The translations under genes and the position numbers were made by a program. Shown in pieces: positions 1-8,974 of a DNA stretch of 22,372 bases (position 1 is the first letter of the stretch; every line of letters begins with the position of its first letter). This DNA comes from Candidatus Aegiribacteria sp. (GTDB lineage Bacteria; Fermentibacterota; Fermentibacteria; Fermentibacterales; JCC-6). The stretch spans positions 1-22,372 of the forward strand of contig JAWOBF010000083.1 of assembly GCA_046498225.1 (NCBI GenBank), in the 5' to 3' direction. Under the pieces are notes generated by a model. The model had not been told where the DNA came from. It saw nothing but the letters and a program-made list of their open reading frames with translations, and did no database searches.

Positions 1-1
1 C

Positions 2-1771
2 CGGGAATTCTCCGACTCCCTGCTGGAACTGGGCGGCAGGGCTCTGAACGGCATCGAACCGGGCCAGCCGGCATTCGTTATCATCAGCAGGCCCTACAAC
101 GGCTCCGACCCGGCGGTGAACGCAGAACTTCCCGGGAAGCTGGCTAAGCTCGGCCCCGATGTCATTCCCACGGACTTCCTAAGGCTGCCCATGGAAAGGG
201 CCGCCCCAATCCATGACAACATGTACTGGCAGTACGGACAGAGGATACTGGCCGCGGCCCTGGCGATAAGGGAGGACCCCAGGCTGAACGGTATATACAT
301 CACAAATTTCGGATGCGGTCCAGATTCGTTCATACAGCATGAAGTTGCCGGGATAATGGAAGACAAACCCATGTTGACCATAGAGATAGACGAACACGCG
401 GCCGACGCCGGAATAATTACCAGGTGCGAGGCGTTCATGGACGCGATATCCGGCAGGAGGGACCACGGCACATCCCCTTTCACCAGCCGGCTGGGAAACC
501 GGGGTATGGGTATAGACGGAAGGACGGTCTGGGTCCCGTGGCTGGGTGACGCCACCCCGGTGGCGGTGGCCGCGGCAAGAAAACATGGCGTAAGGGCCAT
601 GGTCATGCCTCCCACCGACAGGAAATCCGTGGCCCTGGGAAGGTCGGTAACCACCGGCAAGGAGTGCTATCCGGCCATAATCACCGCGGGCAACATGCTC
701 TCGGTCCTGCAGAGGGAGAACCCGGACAGCTGCGCCTTCTTCATGGGCACCGCCTCCGGACCGTGCCGTTTCGGTCAGTACTGCAGCTACCACAGAACCC
801 TGCTGGACAGGATGGGATACTCCGGCGTACCGATAATCACCGCCACTTCCAGCGATTCCTACACATCGGTCAGGGAGCTGTCCTCCATCGGCTTCCAGGT
901 GGACATGCTGAAGGCGGCCATCGCCGGCGACACTCTGAAGAAAGCCCTGTGCAGGGTGAGGCCCTACGAGAGGGAGAGGGGGTGCGCGGACAGCGTAATG
1001 AGGAGAAGCCTGGAAAGGGTGGCGGCGGCAATGGAGAGGGGAGATTCGCTCCTGCCGGACCTGGAGACCGCTGCAGCGGAGTTCGCGGCCCTGCCCGTAA
1101 ATGAGGAACCCAGGCCACTGGTGCTGATGTTCGGAGAGATATACGTAAGGAACGACCCTTTCGCCCATTCGAACACCGACAGGCGGATAGAGGAACTTGG
1201 CGGCGAAGTCCTCTACACACCTCTGATGGAATGGTTCGAATATGTTAATTACTCCTTCATGAGCAGGTCCAGAGAGAAAAGGAGAATGATCAACATGCTC
1301 AAGGGCTACTCCAGGATGAAGGTGATGGAGCGGCTTCGAAACAGCATGGAGAAGCCCTTCAGATCCACACTGGAGGACCGGCCCGGACCGGAACCGGAGG
1401 AGATAATGAAGGCGGCCCGGCCCTACATGAAGGAGAACATAGGCGGGGAGGCGATACTGAGCATAGGCGCCCCGCTGGCGCTCTCCCGCAAAAGGCTCAT
1501 AGACGGGGCGGTGAACATCTTTCCGTTCACCTGTCTGCCCGGGACCGTGGTCACGGCTGTAAGCAAGAAGGTAAGGAAAGAGCACCGGGGCCTGCCCTGG
1601 CTGAACCTGGCCTTCGACGGCCAGGAGGATACGGACAACGAGGCCAGGCTTCAGGCTTTCATGTACCAGGTCAGGAAAAAATTCCTGTCCGGCGCCGGTT
1701 CTTCCGCGCGGGGCGGAAGCCCTGAGGAAATGACAGAAGTCATGCCGGGCCGAACTCCACCAGGCACATGA
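2..1771 (+). CDS. CoA-substrate-specific enzyme activase / 2-hydroxyacyl-CoA dehydratase activase-related protein (DUF2229 domains), 5'-truncated
   Basis: Frame is open from the window edge (REFSDSLLELGGRAL...ISRPYN...), so the ORF-track start at 116 is internal. Family motifs ISRPYN, TNFGCGPD, EIDEH, KECYP, GPCRFGQY, GEIYVR and PFTCLP are present. Confidence 0.85.
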   Translation, partial: REFSDSLLELGGRALNGIEPGQPAFVIISRPYNGSDPAVNAELPGKLAKLGPDVIPTDFLRLPMERAAPIHDNMYWQYGQRILAAALAIREDPRLNGIYITNFGCGPDSFIQHEVAGIMEDKPMLTIEIDEHAADAGIITRCEAFMDAISGRRDHGTSPFTSRLGNRGMGIDGRTVWVPWLGDATPVAVAAARKHGVRAMVMPPTDRKSVALGRSVTTGKECYPAIITAGNMLSVLQRENPDSCAFFMGTASGPCRFGQYCSYHRTLLDRMGYSGVPIITATSSDSYTSVRELSSIGFQVDMLKAAIAGDTLKKALCRVRPYERERGCADSVMRRSLERVAAAMERGDSLLPDLETAAAEFAALPVNEEPRPLVLMFGEIYVRNDPFAHSNTDRRIEELGGEVLYTPLMEWFEYVNYSFMSRSREKRRMINMLKGYSRMKVMERLRNSMEKPFRSTLEDRPGPEPEEIMKAARPYMKENIGGEAILSIGAPLALSRKRLIDGAVNIFPFTCLPGTVVTAVSKKVRKEHRGLPWLNLAFDGQEDTDNEARLQAFMYQVRKKFLSGAGSSARGGSPEEMTEVMPGRTPPGT

Positions 1772-1806
1772 TGTTCCCCTCCGAAGCGACCTTCACAAGG
1801 CTGCTG

Positions 1807-2655
1807 TCAGAAATCCAGCCTTCTGAACTTCCAGTAGCCGAGAGCCAGAAAGACAGCGCTCCAGGCGAAGGAATAGAGTATGTGAACGGCAGGTATGCCG
1901 GCTGTGACCCCGAAGAAGGCCAGGTTCTCCGTAATGGCCGCGTCCCGGGGTATCAGACCGTATAGCACGCCCCTGTAGCCCCGGTCAGCCGGGAACAGGT
2001 ACATTACGGTCCTGGTGACGGTCTCCAGGGCGGGCGGGGCATCGCCGGGGTACATCCTCATTATCTCGTACAGACCTCCGAAAAGGGACGCAACCGCCGA
2101 AAGAAAGAACGCGATGAGCATGGAGGCGACTTTCCGGACCAGGAGAGAGAGGAATATCACCGCTGCCCATACCACCGTGAGCCATGAGAGCAGGGCCGGG
2201 AACACCAGCGGTATGTTCCTTGGCGTGAAGGAGAAGTAGCCCCTGGTAATGAGGAATATTCCTCCGAATAGAACGGCTGCCAGCATGTAGGACAGGGCCA
2301 GGGGCGCCAGCCCGGCGGAGAGGAAAACCCTCAGTCTCGACTGGGGCAGTGACAGCCAGAAGGGCATCCTGCCCTCATCTATCTCCTCCGGAAGCATTGT
2401 GGAGCCGATGACTATCATCAGCGCGGTGACCAGGGTGGCCGCCAGGGGGGAGGCGGTGAGAATGGCTGCCAGGGCCGCGTCCGCGGGTCCCAGGAAGCCT
2501 TTCTCTCCGTATTCCTGTCCAGGGCCGGCCTGCATGTCCGTGGAAGCGGCTGCTGAAACCCCCCACCAGTAGAGCCCCAGGAAGACAACGGTCGCCACCG
2601 CCGCGGTGAGAACTATCTTCCTTCTCAGAAGCTGCTCCAGTCCGTTAAGGAACAT
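1807..2655 (-). CDS. ABC-2-type transporter permease
   Basis: About 6 hydrophobic segments and an EEIDEGRMPFWLSLPQSR motif typical of ABC-2 family permeases; directly downstream of the ATPase. ATG at 2655 preferred (GGAGG 9 nt upstream) over the ORF-track ATG at 2679. Confidence 0.8.
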   Translation of the reverse strand: MFLNGLEQLLRRKIVLTAAVATVVFLGLYWWGVSAAASTDMQAGPGQEYGEKGFLGPADAALAAILTASPLAATLVTALMIVIGSTMLPEEIDEGRMPFWLSLPQSRLRVFLSAGLAPLALSYMLAAVLFGGIFLITRGYFSFTPRNIPLVFPALLSWLTVVWAAVIFLSLLVRKVASMLIAFFLSAVASLFGGLYEIMRMYPGDAPPALETVTRTVMYLFPADRGYRGVLYGLIPRDAAITENLAFFGVTAGIPAVHILYSFAWSAVFLALGYWKFRRLDF

Positions 2656-3571
2656 CGGTATCGTCCTCCATGGCTTCATCCCCCATGATTCGAAGGAACA
2701 CGTCCTCGAGGCTTTCCCGCTTACGGTTTATTCCGGTGAACTCTATACCGGTGTCCAGGACCTTCTCCACCATCATCCTGAAATCCGCCCCCTCATCCAG
2801 GTCCACCGTGACCCCTTTCTCCTCTATCCGGACCGAGAATCCCCTTCCCGCGAGGGCATCCGCCATTGTATCCGGATTCCCGGTCTCCACCCGGGCCAGG
2901 CCGGTATGCCTGGACAGGGAATCAAGGTCTCCCCGGGCCACCAGCCGTCCACGGCTTATGAAGGCTGCGGTATCGCATACCCTCTCCACCTCTCCCAGCA
3001 GGTGAGAATTGATAAGGACGGTAGTTCCCCCCGAAGCCAGCCTGCCTACAAGGTTCCTCACCAGTATCCTGCCTCCCGGGTCCAGTCCCGAGGACGGTTC
3101 GTCCAGCAGCACCAGCAGAGGGTCACCGCAGGTCACCAGTGAGAGTGCTGCTCTCTGTCTCTGTCCACGGGACATTTTTCCCGTGGGTCTCTTTACCAGA
3201 TCGGCGCACTCCAGCTCACGGCATCTTGACCTGAACATGTCCATGGTTACCTCGCCCCTTATCCGCTCCATCTGCCTGAAAAGCACCATGGGGCTGGCCC
3301 AGGAGTGAAAGGTAATGTTCTCGGGGAGATACCTTACACCCTTTCTGGACCGGGGGGATGAAGCCGGAAGGCCCTGAAGCCTCACGCTGCCCGAATCGTG
3401 GCCCACCAGTCCGAGGAGTATCTTCATCAGCGTGGTCTTACCCGCTCCGTTCGGGCCCAGCAGGGAGAATATTCCGCCCCTTTCAATGGTAAGGCTCATC
3501 TCCCTCAGCGCCCTTATCTTCCTGAAGGACTTGGAAACATCCCTCACCTGAACGATGTTTTCTTTTTCCAA
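2645..3571 (-). CDS. ABC transporter ATP-binding protein (exporter type)
   Basis: Walker A GPNGAGKT, signature variant MSRGQRQR, Walker B LLDEP, H-loop NSH; TTG start with AAAGGA upstream. Confidence 0.95.
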   Translation of the reverse strand: MEKENIVQVRDVSKSFRKIRALREMSLTIERGGIFSLLGPNGAGKTTLMKILLGLVGHDSGSVRLQGLPASSPRSRKGVRYLPENITFHSWASPMVLFRQMERIRGEVTMDMFRSRCRELECADLVKRPTGKMSRGQRQRAALSLVTCGDPLLVLLDEPSSGLDPGGRILVRNLVGRLASGGTTVLINSHLLGEVERVCDTAAFISRGRLVARGDLDSLSRHTGLARVETGNPDTMADALAGRGFSVRIEEKGVTVDLDEGADFRMMVEKVLDTGIEFTGINRKRESLEDVFLRIMGDEAMEDDTDVP

Positions 3572-3628
3572 CGGCGCTTTCCTTTAGTATATATCTGCAT
3601 TGCTGACCATAACTGAACAGGATGTTTC
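3572..3628. promoter_or_regulatory. Short divergent intergenic region, probably back-to-back promoters
   Basis: 57-bp AT-richer gap between divergent genes. It contains TAGTATATAT, which reads as a -10-like hexamer on either strand. No convincing -35 found. Confidence 0.35.
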
Positions 3629-4633
3629 TTGAAATATAGCAAAAAAACCAAGGGCGCGATCTTCGGAACCATAATCGGCCTTTTCCTGGCCTGGATCCTG
3701 CTCAGATCATCCGCCGGCGAGGACGGCATATCCGCCGCCATCAGCAATATTCTTCAGCGGACCGCCGGAGTCGATCCATACCTTCTGATCGGAGGATTCG
3801 CACTTTTCCTGGCCAGCCAGGTCCTCAGGGCGCTGAGGTGGATGCTGCTCGGTTTCAGGCGCAGCTGCAGGTTCACGCTCTCCATGGCAGTGACCTCCAT
3901 ACATGTGGGACTGGGCCATCTGCTTCCTTTCCGACTCTGCGACGTGGCTTTCGTCGGTCTGTTCCGGCACTTCGGGGAGGTTCCGGTGGGGCACGGGACA
4001 GCCAGCGTCTTCTTCGCGAAACTGCTGGACCTGATGGCCATGGGAGTTGTGATCGGCTCCGCCGTCGCGGCGGGGGCGGGTGACCTGGCCTGGGTTGCGC
4101 CATTGCTGATGGCCGCCGGGTTCGCCGGCATAGTTTTCATGACCCCGGCAATAAGGGTTCTGGGGCCGCCGGCCCGGTGGGTCCTGGAAAAACTGGTGCC
4201 CGGAGGAAAGGCCCTGTGGTTCGACGATCTGCTGGAGGCGTCGTCGGTAAAGGGCAGGAGAGTGAAACTGACGCTGGCTTTCCTGGTCTCGATATTCGTC
4301 TGGATCACCAAGCTGTCCATGTTCGTCGTTCTTCTTGAGGCTCTTGGCGTAACGGGTATACCGGAATGGAAGATATTCCTTGCCAGCGGAGTCACCAATA
4401 TCATCATGGCCCTGCCCATTCACGGGCTGCTCAGCATAGGCACCACCGAAGCCGGCTGGACAGCCGCTTTCGCCATGGTGGGAGTGGAAGGAAGCCTGAT
4501 CATGAACTTCGACATTGTGGAAACCGGCTTCAGTGTTCATATACTATGGATGCTGATGGCGGTTACCCTGATGATACTGGCTCTGCCGCTGCTGGTGTGG
4601 GACTCAAAACGGAAGAGGAAGCGGTTTGACTGA
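3629..4633 (+). CDS. Lysylphosphatidylglycerol synthase TM / flippase-like membrane protein (UPF0104, AglD2-like)
   Basis: Polytopic hydrophobic protein with RALRWMLL, HLLPFRLCDV (cf. LLPxRxGE), AKLLDL (cf. ERxxD) and LPIHGLLSIGTTEAG (cf. P..G.G..E) patterns. Confidence 0.8.
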   Translation: MKYSKKTKGAIFGTIIGLFLAWILLRSSAGEDGISAAISNILQRTAGVDPYLLIGGFALFLASQVLRALRWMLLGFRRSCRFTLSMAVTSIHVGLGHLLPFRLCDVAFVGLFRHFGEVPVGHGTASVFFAKLLDLMAMGVVIGSAVAAGAGDLAWVAPLLMAAGFAGIVFMTPAIRVLGPPARWVLEKLVPGGKALWFDDLLEASSVKGRRVKLTLAFLVSIFVWITKLSMFVVLLEALGVTGIPEWKIFLASGVTNIIMALPIHGLLSIGTTEAGWTAAFAMVGVEGSLIMNFDIVETGFSVHILWMLMAVTLMILALPLLVWDSKRKRKRFD

Positions 4634-5933
4634 ACGCGTGGTGATCGTAGGCGCGGGAGTGGCAGGCCTGACACTGGCCGAGAGACTCACCGCCACAGGC
4701 CGGGACCTGGACCTGACCGTGCTGGAGAGGGAACACTCTCCCGGAGGGCTGGCCCGGACCTTCTCCAGGGAGGGATATCTCTTCGATATCGGACCTCACA
4801 GGTTCCATACATCCGACCCCGGTGTCAGCCGGTACATACTCGAGATACTGGGAGAGGACTACGTCACCATCGCCCGCAGGAGCAACGTCTACATGGCGGA
4901 TAGGTACAGAAGCTGGCCCCTTACTCTCCGCTCCGTCGCCGGACTTCCCTTCCCGGTGCTGTTCAGGAGCTTCCTGGACCTGTTTCACAGTACGGACACG
5001 GACGAGCTCAAAACCTTTGCGGATCACGTCATTTCCCGGTACGGCAGGAACATCTACGATTACTTCTTCAGCGACTACACCTGCAAGTTCACCGGCCGCA
5101 GCGCAGAGAAGCTTCATGTGGACTGGGCGGAAGCCGGCGTCAACAGGGCGGTTATCGACAACAGCGTAAAAGCGGATGACCTCTTGTCGCTCATCAGGGG
5201 CCTCCTGATGCCCAGGCCTGTTTCCACCAGGTTCATCTACCCATCCGTTGGAGGGATACAGACATTCTGCGACAGGCAGACTGAGATGGTAAGGAGCAGG
5301 GGAGGAAGAGTCATCTGCGGATGCAGCGCCACAGGGATGGAAGTGAGCCTTGGCAGGGTGAACGGCGTTCGAACACAGGATATGGGTACTTTCGACGCTG
5401 ACCGTGTCTACTGGTCGGCGCCGCTGTCCCTTCTTTTCCCCAGGGCGGGTTTCGAGTTCATGGACTCCCTTATATGCAACATCGCCCTCTCGGAAAACCA
5501 GGACAACGAATACCAGTGGTGCTATTTCGGTCAGAAGGACCTCCTTTTCAGCAGGCTGACGGTTCCCCGCAACTTCAGGGGGGATACGGTCCCCGAGGGC
5601 AGAGACAGCCTGATAGCCGAGATGACCATTGACAGCCCGATGATGAGGGAGACGCCGGAGAAGCTGGAGGATAGGCTCATCAGTGACCTGGAGAGGGTAA
5701 ACGCCCTGAAGGCCGGTGACATTGTATTTACCGACTGGAGGGTGATACCGGAAACTTATCCTCTGTACGACCTTGACTACCGGAAGCGGCTGGCTGCTCT
5801 GGAGATCCCGCTCGGACTGGAACTCATAGGCAGGTGCGGCTCATTCTGGTACAACAACATGGACCATTCAATAGGTCAGGCTCTGGCCATCGCCGAGGGC
5901 AGGGAGTTCTCTCTGGATTTCTGGAAGGACTGA
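4626..5933 (+). CDS. FAD-dependent oxidoreductase (protoporphyrinogen oxidase / UDP-galactopyranose mutase-like family)
   Basis: N-terminal VVIVGAGVAG dinucleotide-binding motif, ERxxxPGGLART, FDIGPHRF, C-terminal GRCGSFWYNNMDHS; overlaps the upstream gene by 8 nt. Confidence 0.85.
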   Translation: MTERVVIVGAGVAGLTLAERLTATGRDLDLTVLEREHSPGGLARTFSREGYLFDIGPHRFHTSDPGVSRYILEILGEDYVTIARRSNVYMADRYRSWPLTLRSVAGLPFPVLFRSFLDLFHSTDTDELKTFADHVISRYGRNIYDYFFSDYTCKFTGRSAEKLHVDWAEAGVNRAVIDNSVKADDLLSLIRGLLMPRPVSTRFIYPSVGGIQTFCDRQTEMVRSRGGRVICGCSATGMEVSLGRVNGVRTQDMGTFDADRVYWSAPLSLLFPRAGFEFMDSLICNIALSENQDNEYQWCYFGQKDLLFSRLTVPRNFRGDTVPEGRDSLIAEMTIDSPMMRETPEKLEDRLISDLERVNALKAGDIVFTDWRVIPETYPLYDLDYRKRLAALEIPLGLELIGRCGSFWYNNMDHSIGQALAIAEGREFSLDFWKD

Positions 5934-5973
5934 ATCGGACCGTACAAAGGCTGGAAAGGCATATCTGGCTGGC

Positions 5974-6738
5974 ATGAACATAGCTCTCATGAGGGAAGTC
6001 AATCGCAACATCTCCAGGTGCGAGATCACCAACATCACCCGCAAGCCCATTGATCCCCATGAGGCCAGGATCCAGCACGAGAACTACGCAGACACCCTGA
6101 GGGACCTCGGATACAAGATACACATGATAGAGGCCGACGACAGCCTGCCGGATTCCTCGTTCATAGAAGACACCGCTCTGGTCCTCGATGAGATAGCCGT
6201 CATCACCCATCCCGGAGCTCCATCCCGCAGAGGTGAGACCAGGGCCGTGGCGGAGGCCCTGAGCATCTACAGGGACCTGGAGTTCATAAGCCACTCGGGA
6301 ACCCTTGACGGAGGGGACGTCCTCAGGGTGGGCCGCACCCTCTACGTGGGCAAATCGGGCAGAAGCAGCGCTGTGGGGATCAGCAACCTCAGGGATATTG
6401 TCAAGCCCTACGGATACGATGTGGTAGGAATTCCGGTAACCGGCTGTCTGCATCTGAAATCCGCCGTGACCCTGGTGGCGGAGAACACTCTTCTCCTGAA
6501 CCCGTCCTGGGTGAACCCAAAGAGTTTCGGAGACCAGGAAAAGATAACCGTCAACCCGGTCGAGCCCTACAGCGCCAACACGCTGCTGCTGGACGGGGCC
6601 CTGCTCTATTCCATATCCTACCCGGGCACGAGAAGGATACTGGAGAAGAGGGGTGTCGAAGTCGTTGCCATAGACCTCTCCGAACTGTCCAAGGCCGAGG
6701 GAAACATTTCCTGCTGCTGCATACCCTTCACCCTCTGA
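5974..6738 (+). CDS. Dimethylarginine dimethylaminohydrolase (DDAH) / amidinotransferase-family protein
   Basis: PDSSFIEDTA, PGAPSRRGE, LDGGDV, LHLKS (catalytic His) and KAEGNISCC (catalytic Cys); 254 aa fits bacterial DDAH. Confidence 0.9.
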   Translation: MNIALMREVNRNISRCEITNITRKPIDPHEARIQHENYADTLRDLGYKIHMIEADDSLPDSSFIEDTALVLDEIAVITHPGAPSRRGETRAVAEALSIYRDLEFISHSGTLDGGDVLRVGRTLYVGKSGRSSAVGISNLRDIVKPYGYDVVGIPVTGCLHLKSAVTLVAENTLLLNPSWVNPKSFGDQEKITVNPVEPYSANTLLLDGALLYSISYPGTRRILEKRGVEVVAIDLSELSKAEGNISCCCIPFTL

Positions 6739-6750
6739 TCCCGATACTCT

Positions 6751-6779
6751 TTGCCATGACATGCGGCCGGTTGTATGTT
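6751..6779 (+). promoter_or_regulatory. Sigma70-type promoter upstream of the cobalamin riboswitch
   Basis: TTGCCA (6751-6756), 17-nt spacer, TATGTT (6774-6779); predicted start near 6786, just before the aptamer P1. Confidence 0.6.
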
Positions 6780-6794
6780 CCTTCCTGCAGAACT

Positions 6795-6963
6795 GGTCGC
6801 GGGGTGCAGGAAGGCGGTGAGAGTCCGCCACGGTAGCGCCACTGTAACCGGGTACCCGGCCCCATTATGCCACTGCTCCATGGCGGGAAGGCGGGGTCAG
6901 GGGAAGATCCGGAAGTCAGGATACTGTACCGCGGCCTGGAACCCAGTCCCCGCATTCAGGGAC
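6795..6963 (+). ncRNA. Cobalamin (AdoCbl/B12) riboswitch aptamer plus P13
   Basis: Core CAGGAAggcGGTGagAgTCCgccaCGGtagcGCcACTGTAAccgg ... GCCACTG...GGGAAGGC ... ccGGAAGTCAGGAtaCTG (B12 box). P1 5' strand 6795-6809 pairs with 6924-6936; P13 is GTCCC/GGGAC (6946-6963). Lies upstream of a TonB-dependent receptor. Confidence 0.92.
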
Positions 6964-6978
6964 GAAGTTCCGGCCACA

Positions 6979-7012
6979 GCCTCCGCGGCCGCAGCCGCAG
7001 GAGGTATTTTTT
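6979..7012 (+). terminator. Riboswitch-controlled intrinsic terminator / SD-sequestering hairpin
   Basis: GCCTCCGCGGC-CGCA-GCCGC(A)GGAGGT followed by ATTTTTT; the 3' arm contains GGAGGT. Confidence 0.75.
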
Positions 7013-8959
7013 CTGGCAACGTTACCCGCCGCATTGCTGATACTCTCCCTCTTCGGGATATCCATCGAGGATCACATGGGTGAACCGGTGGCCGGCGCCT
7101 CGGTGTGTACGGACACCGTCCTGGTGGGAATGAGCGACCAATGGGGCACTGTCACCATTCCAGAGGGACTGGATTCGGTTCAGGTGAGGGCCATGGGGTA
7201 CGGTAAGTGGGAAGGTCCGGTCCCCGCTTCCGGGATCATCCGGCTTCAGCCGGTAACCGTACCTTCCGGCATGGTGGTAACCGTATCGGGAAGTCGCGGG
7301 ACCCTGCGGGATAGGTTTCCCGCCACCACCACCCTCGGACCGGACGGAATGAAAGTGCTGGGCCGGAGCGGTCTCGGAAGGCTCATGGCGCTCTCAGGAG
7401 GTCTGTTCGTAAGGGAGTACGGCGGCTCTATGCCTGTGGTCTCCATATCGATACGTGGCAGCGACCCGGCGCATTCGAAGTACTACGTTGACGGCCACGA
7501 CATATCGAGTTCCATGGACGGATATCCGGGGCTGACCCTGGATCCGCTGGTCTTCGGAGGCATGGAGATATCCAGGGGATCCGGCTCCAGCTACTCCAGC
7601 GGGGGAATGGCCGGAACCCTCAATCTGCTGCCTCCATCGCTTGCTGCCCCTCCCGGGGCGGCCGTCTCAGCCGGCAGCGACGGTTCCGGACTGCTTCTCG
7701 GCAGCCTTCCCGCTGGACCCAGCCGGTTTGCCCTCAGCCTGCGGAGGAACAGGGGCGCCGCGGGGACAACCGGGTACAGCGGCACGTTCCTGCTGAACGG
7801 CATCAGGGACCAGACCTCCTACGGCCTGCTGGCGTCATTGTCTGCGGGGGAGACCGAGAGTCCTTCATGGAGCCTTCCCACCGACGGCCGTCGCGAGCGG
7901 GGCAGCATCGACGGATGGGGGAGACTGACCCTGGGCGGACTGACGCTGTCCTCCGGCTTGAGGGCGGGAAGACAGAATTACATGAGCACCCTCCCGGTAG
8001 AAACGGACGACACCCACGACGAGGCGGGCGCCAGACTGGAAACCGAGCTGAGGGGCGCCGCGGCCGGGCTGGATATGCGTCTTTCCACAGGGATCCATCT
8101 GGACAGGGTCTGGAGCACGTCCATCGGCGGCAGGGGATTGACCGAGTTCAAGACTTCTCTGGAAGCGGGCTGCTCCGGCGGGGTATCCGCAGGAGCATCC
8201 GTGGCTCTGAGCTTCGTGCCCGGAAGGGAGACGCTGCACGGGGCAGGCGCGATGCTGGGCGCTCCCCTGGGCGATTCGGTGATCATAGCCCACGCGGGAG
8301 CTTCCCTCGGCTTCAGAAGACCTACCCTGAACGACCTCCACTGGCCGGAGGACGCTTTCGCCCGGGGGAATCCAGACCTGGGGCCGGAAACCTCCGCCGA
8401 GGCCGAGGCGGGTGTTTCCATTCAGGCCGTACAGTACATGCGGTTCTCCATCACCGGATTCACCGGAAGATCCGAAGACCTGATACGCTGGGAACCGGGA
8501 GCCGACGGCATATGGGCGCCGGTCAATACCGCCCGGGTACTCAGGAGAGGCATCGAGGCGGAAACCTGGGCTGAATCCGGTCCCCTGGAACTTTCGGCAG
8601 CGCTGACCCTGCTTGATGTCAGGGACAACGATCCAGCCTCTTTGAACTGCGGCAGGACGCTGCCGTACGTACCGGACTGCACCTGGTCGGCGGGAGCGGC
8701 TCTCCGGTTTCCCCGGAGATGGCTGTGGACCCTGAGCGCGGAAGGCACTGGAATACGGTTCATGAACTACAGCGAAACCTCCTGGATGAATGCCTACTCC
8801 ATCATCTCGGGAGGGGTCACGGTTCGACCGGGTTTTCCGGAAGGAGTATCGCTGGAGATCTACGCAGACAACATTCTTGACGAAAACTACATGGTAACCA
8901 GCGGGTTCGAGGGCACTGGAAGGGTGTTCCACTTCGGACTGAGCTGGACCGGTGAATAG
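7013..8959 (+). CDS. btuB: TonB-dependent outer-membrane receptor, probable cobalamin transporter (BtuB-like), with N-terminal CarboxypepD_reg-like extension
   Basis: Plug motifs SISIRGS, YYVDG, MEISRGSGSSYSSGGMAGTLNL; barrel motifs GFRRPTLNDLHW, GNPDLGPE, NILDENY, GRVFHFGLSW. Substrate inferred from the riboswitch. Start is in-frame CTG 7013 (7 nt after GGAGGT) or TTG 7034. Confidence 0.8.
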   Translation: MATLPAALLILSLFGISIEDHMGEPVAGASVCTDTVLVGMSDQWGTVTIPEGLDSVQVRAMGYGKWEGPVPASGIIRLQPVTVPSGMVVTVSGSRGTLRDRFPATTTLGPDGMKVLGRSGLGRLMALSGGLFVREYGGSMPVVSISIRGSDPAHSKYYVDGHDISSSMDGYPGLTLDPLVFGGMEISRGSGSSYSSGGMAGTLNLLPPSLAAPPGAAVSAGSDGSGLLLGSLPAGPSRFALSLRRNRGAAGTTGYSGTFLLNGIRDQTSYGLLASLSAGETESPSWSLPTDGRRERGSIDGWGRLTLGGLTLSSGLRAGRQNYMSTLPVETDDTHDEAGARLETELRGAAAGLDMRLSTGIHLDRVWSTSIGGRGLTEFKTSLEAGCSGGVSAGASVALSFVPGRETLHGAGAMLGAPLGDSVIIAHAGASLGFRRPTLNDLHWPEDAFARGNPDLGPETSAEAEAGVSIQAVQYMRFSITGFTGRSEDLIRWEPGADGIWAPVNTARVLRRGIEAETWAESGPLELSAALTLLDVRDNDPASLNCGRTLPYVPDCTWSAGAALRFPRRWLWTLSAEGTGIRFMNYSETSWMNAYSIISGGVTVRPGFPEGVSLEIYADNILDENYMVTSGFEGTGRVFHFGLSWTGE

Positions 8960-8974
8960 ACTGAAAGGAACGGC

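Noticed and set aside
1768..1965. 65-aa ORF coupled to the CoA-activase stop
   Set aside because: Mostly antisense to the ABC permease 3' end, with no recognisable motif or SD.
6775..7083. 102-aa ORF or leader peptide upstream of btuB
   Set aside because: Coincides with the riboswitch; its ATG lies inside the predicted -10 box; no SD.
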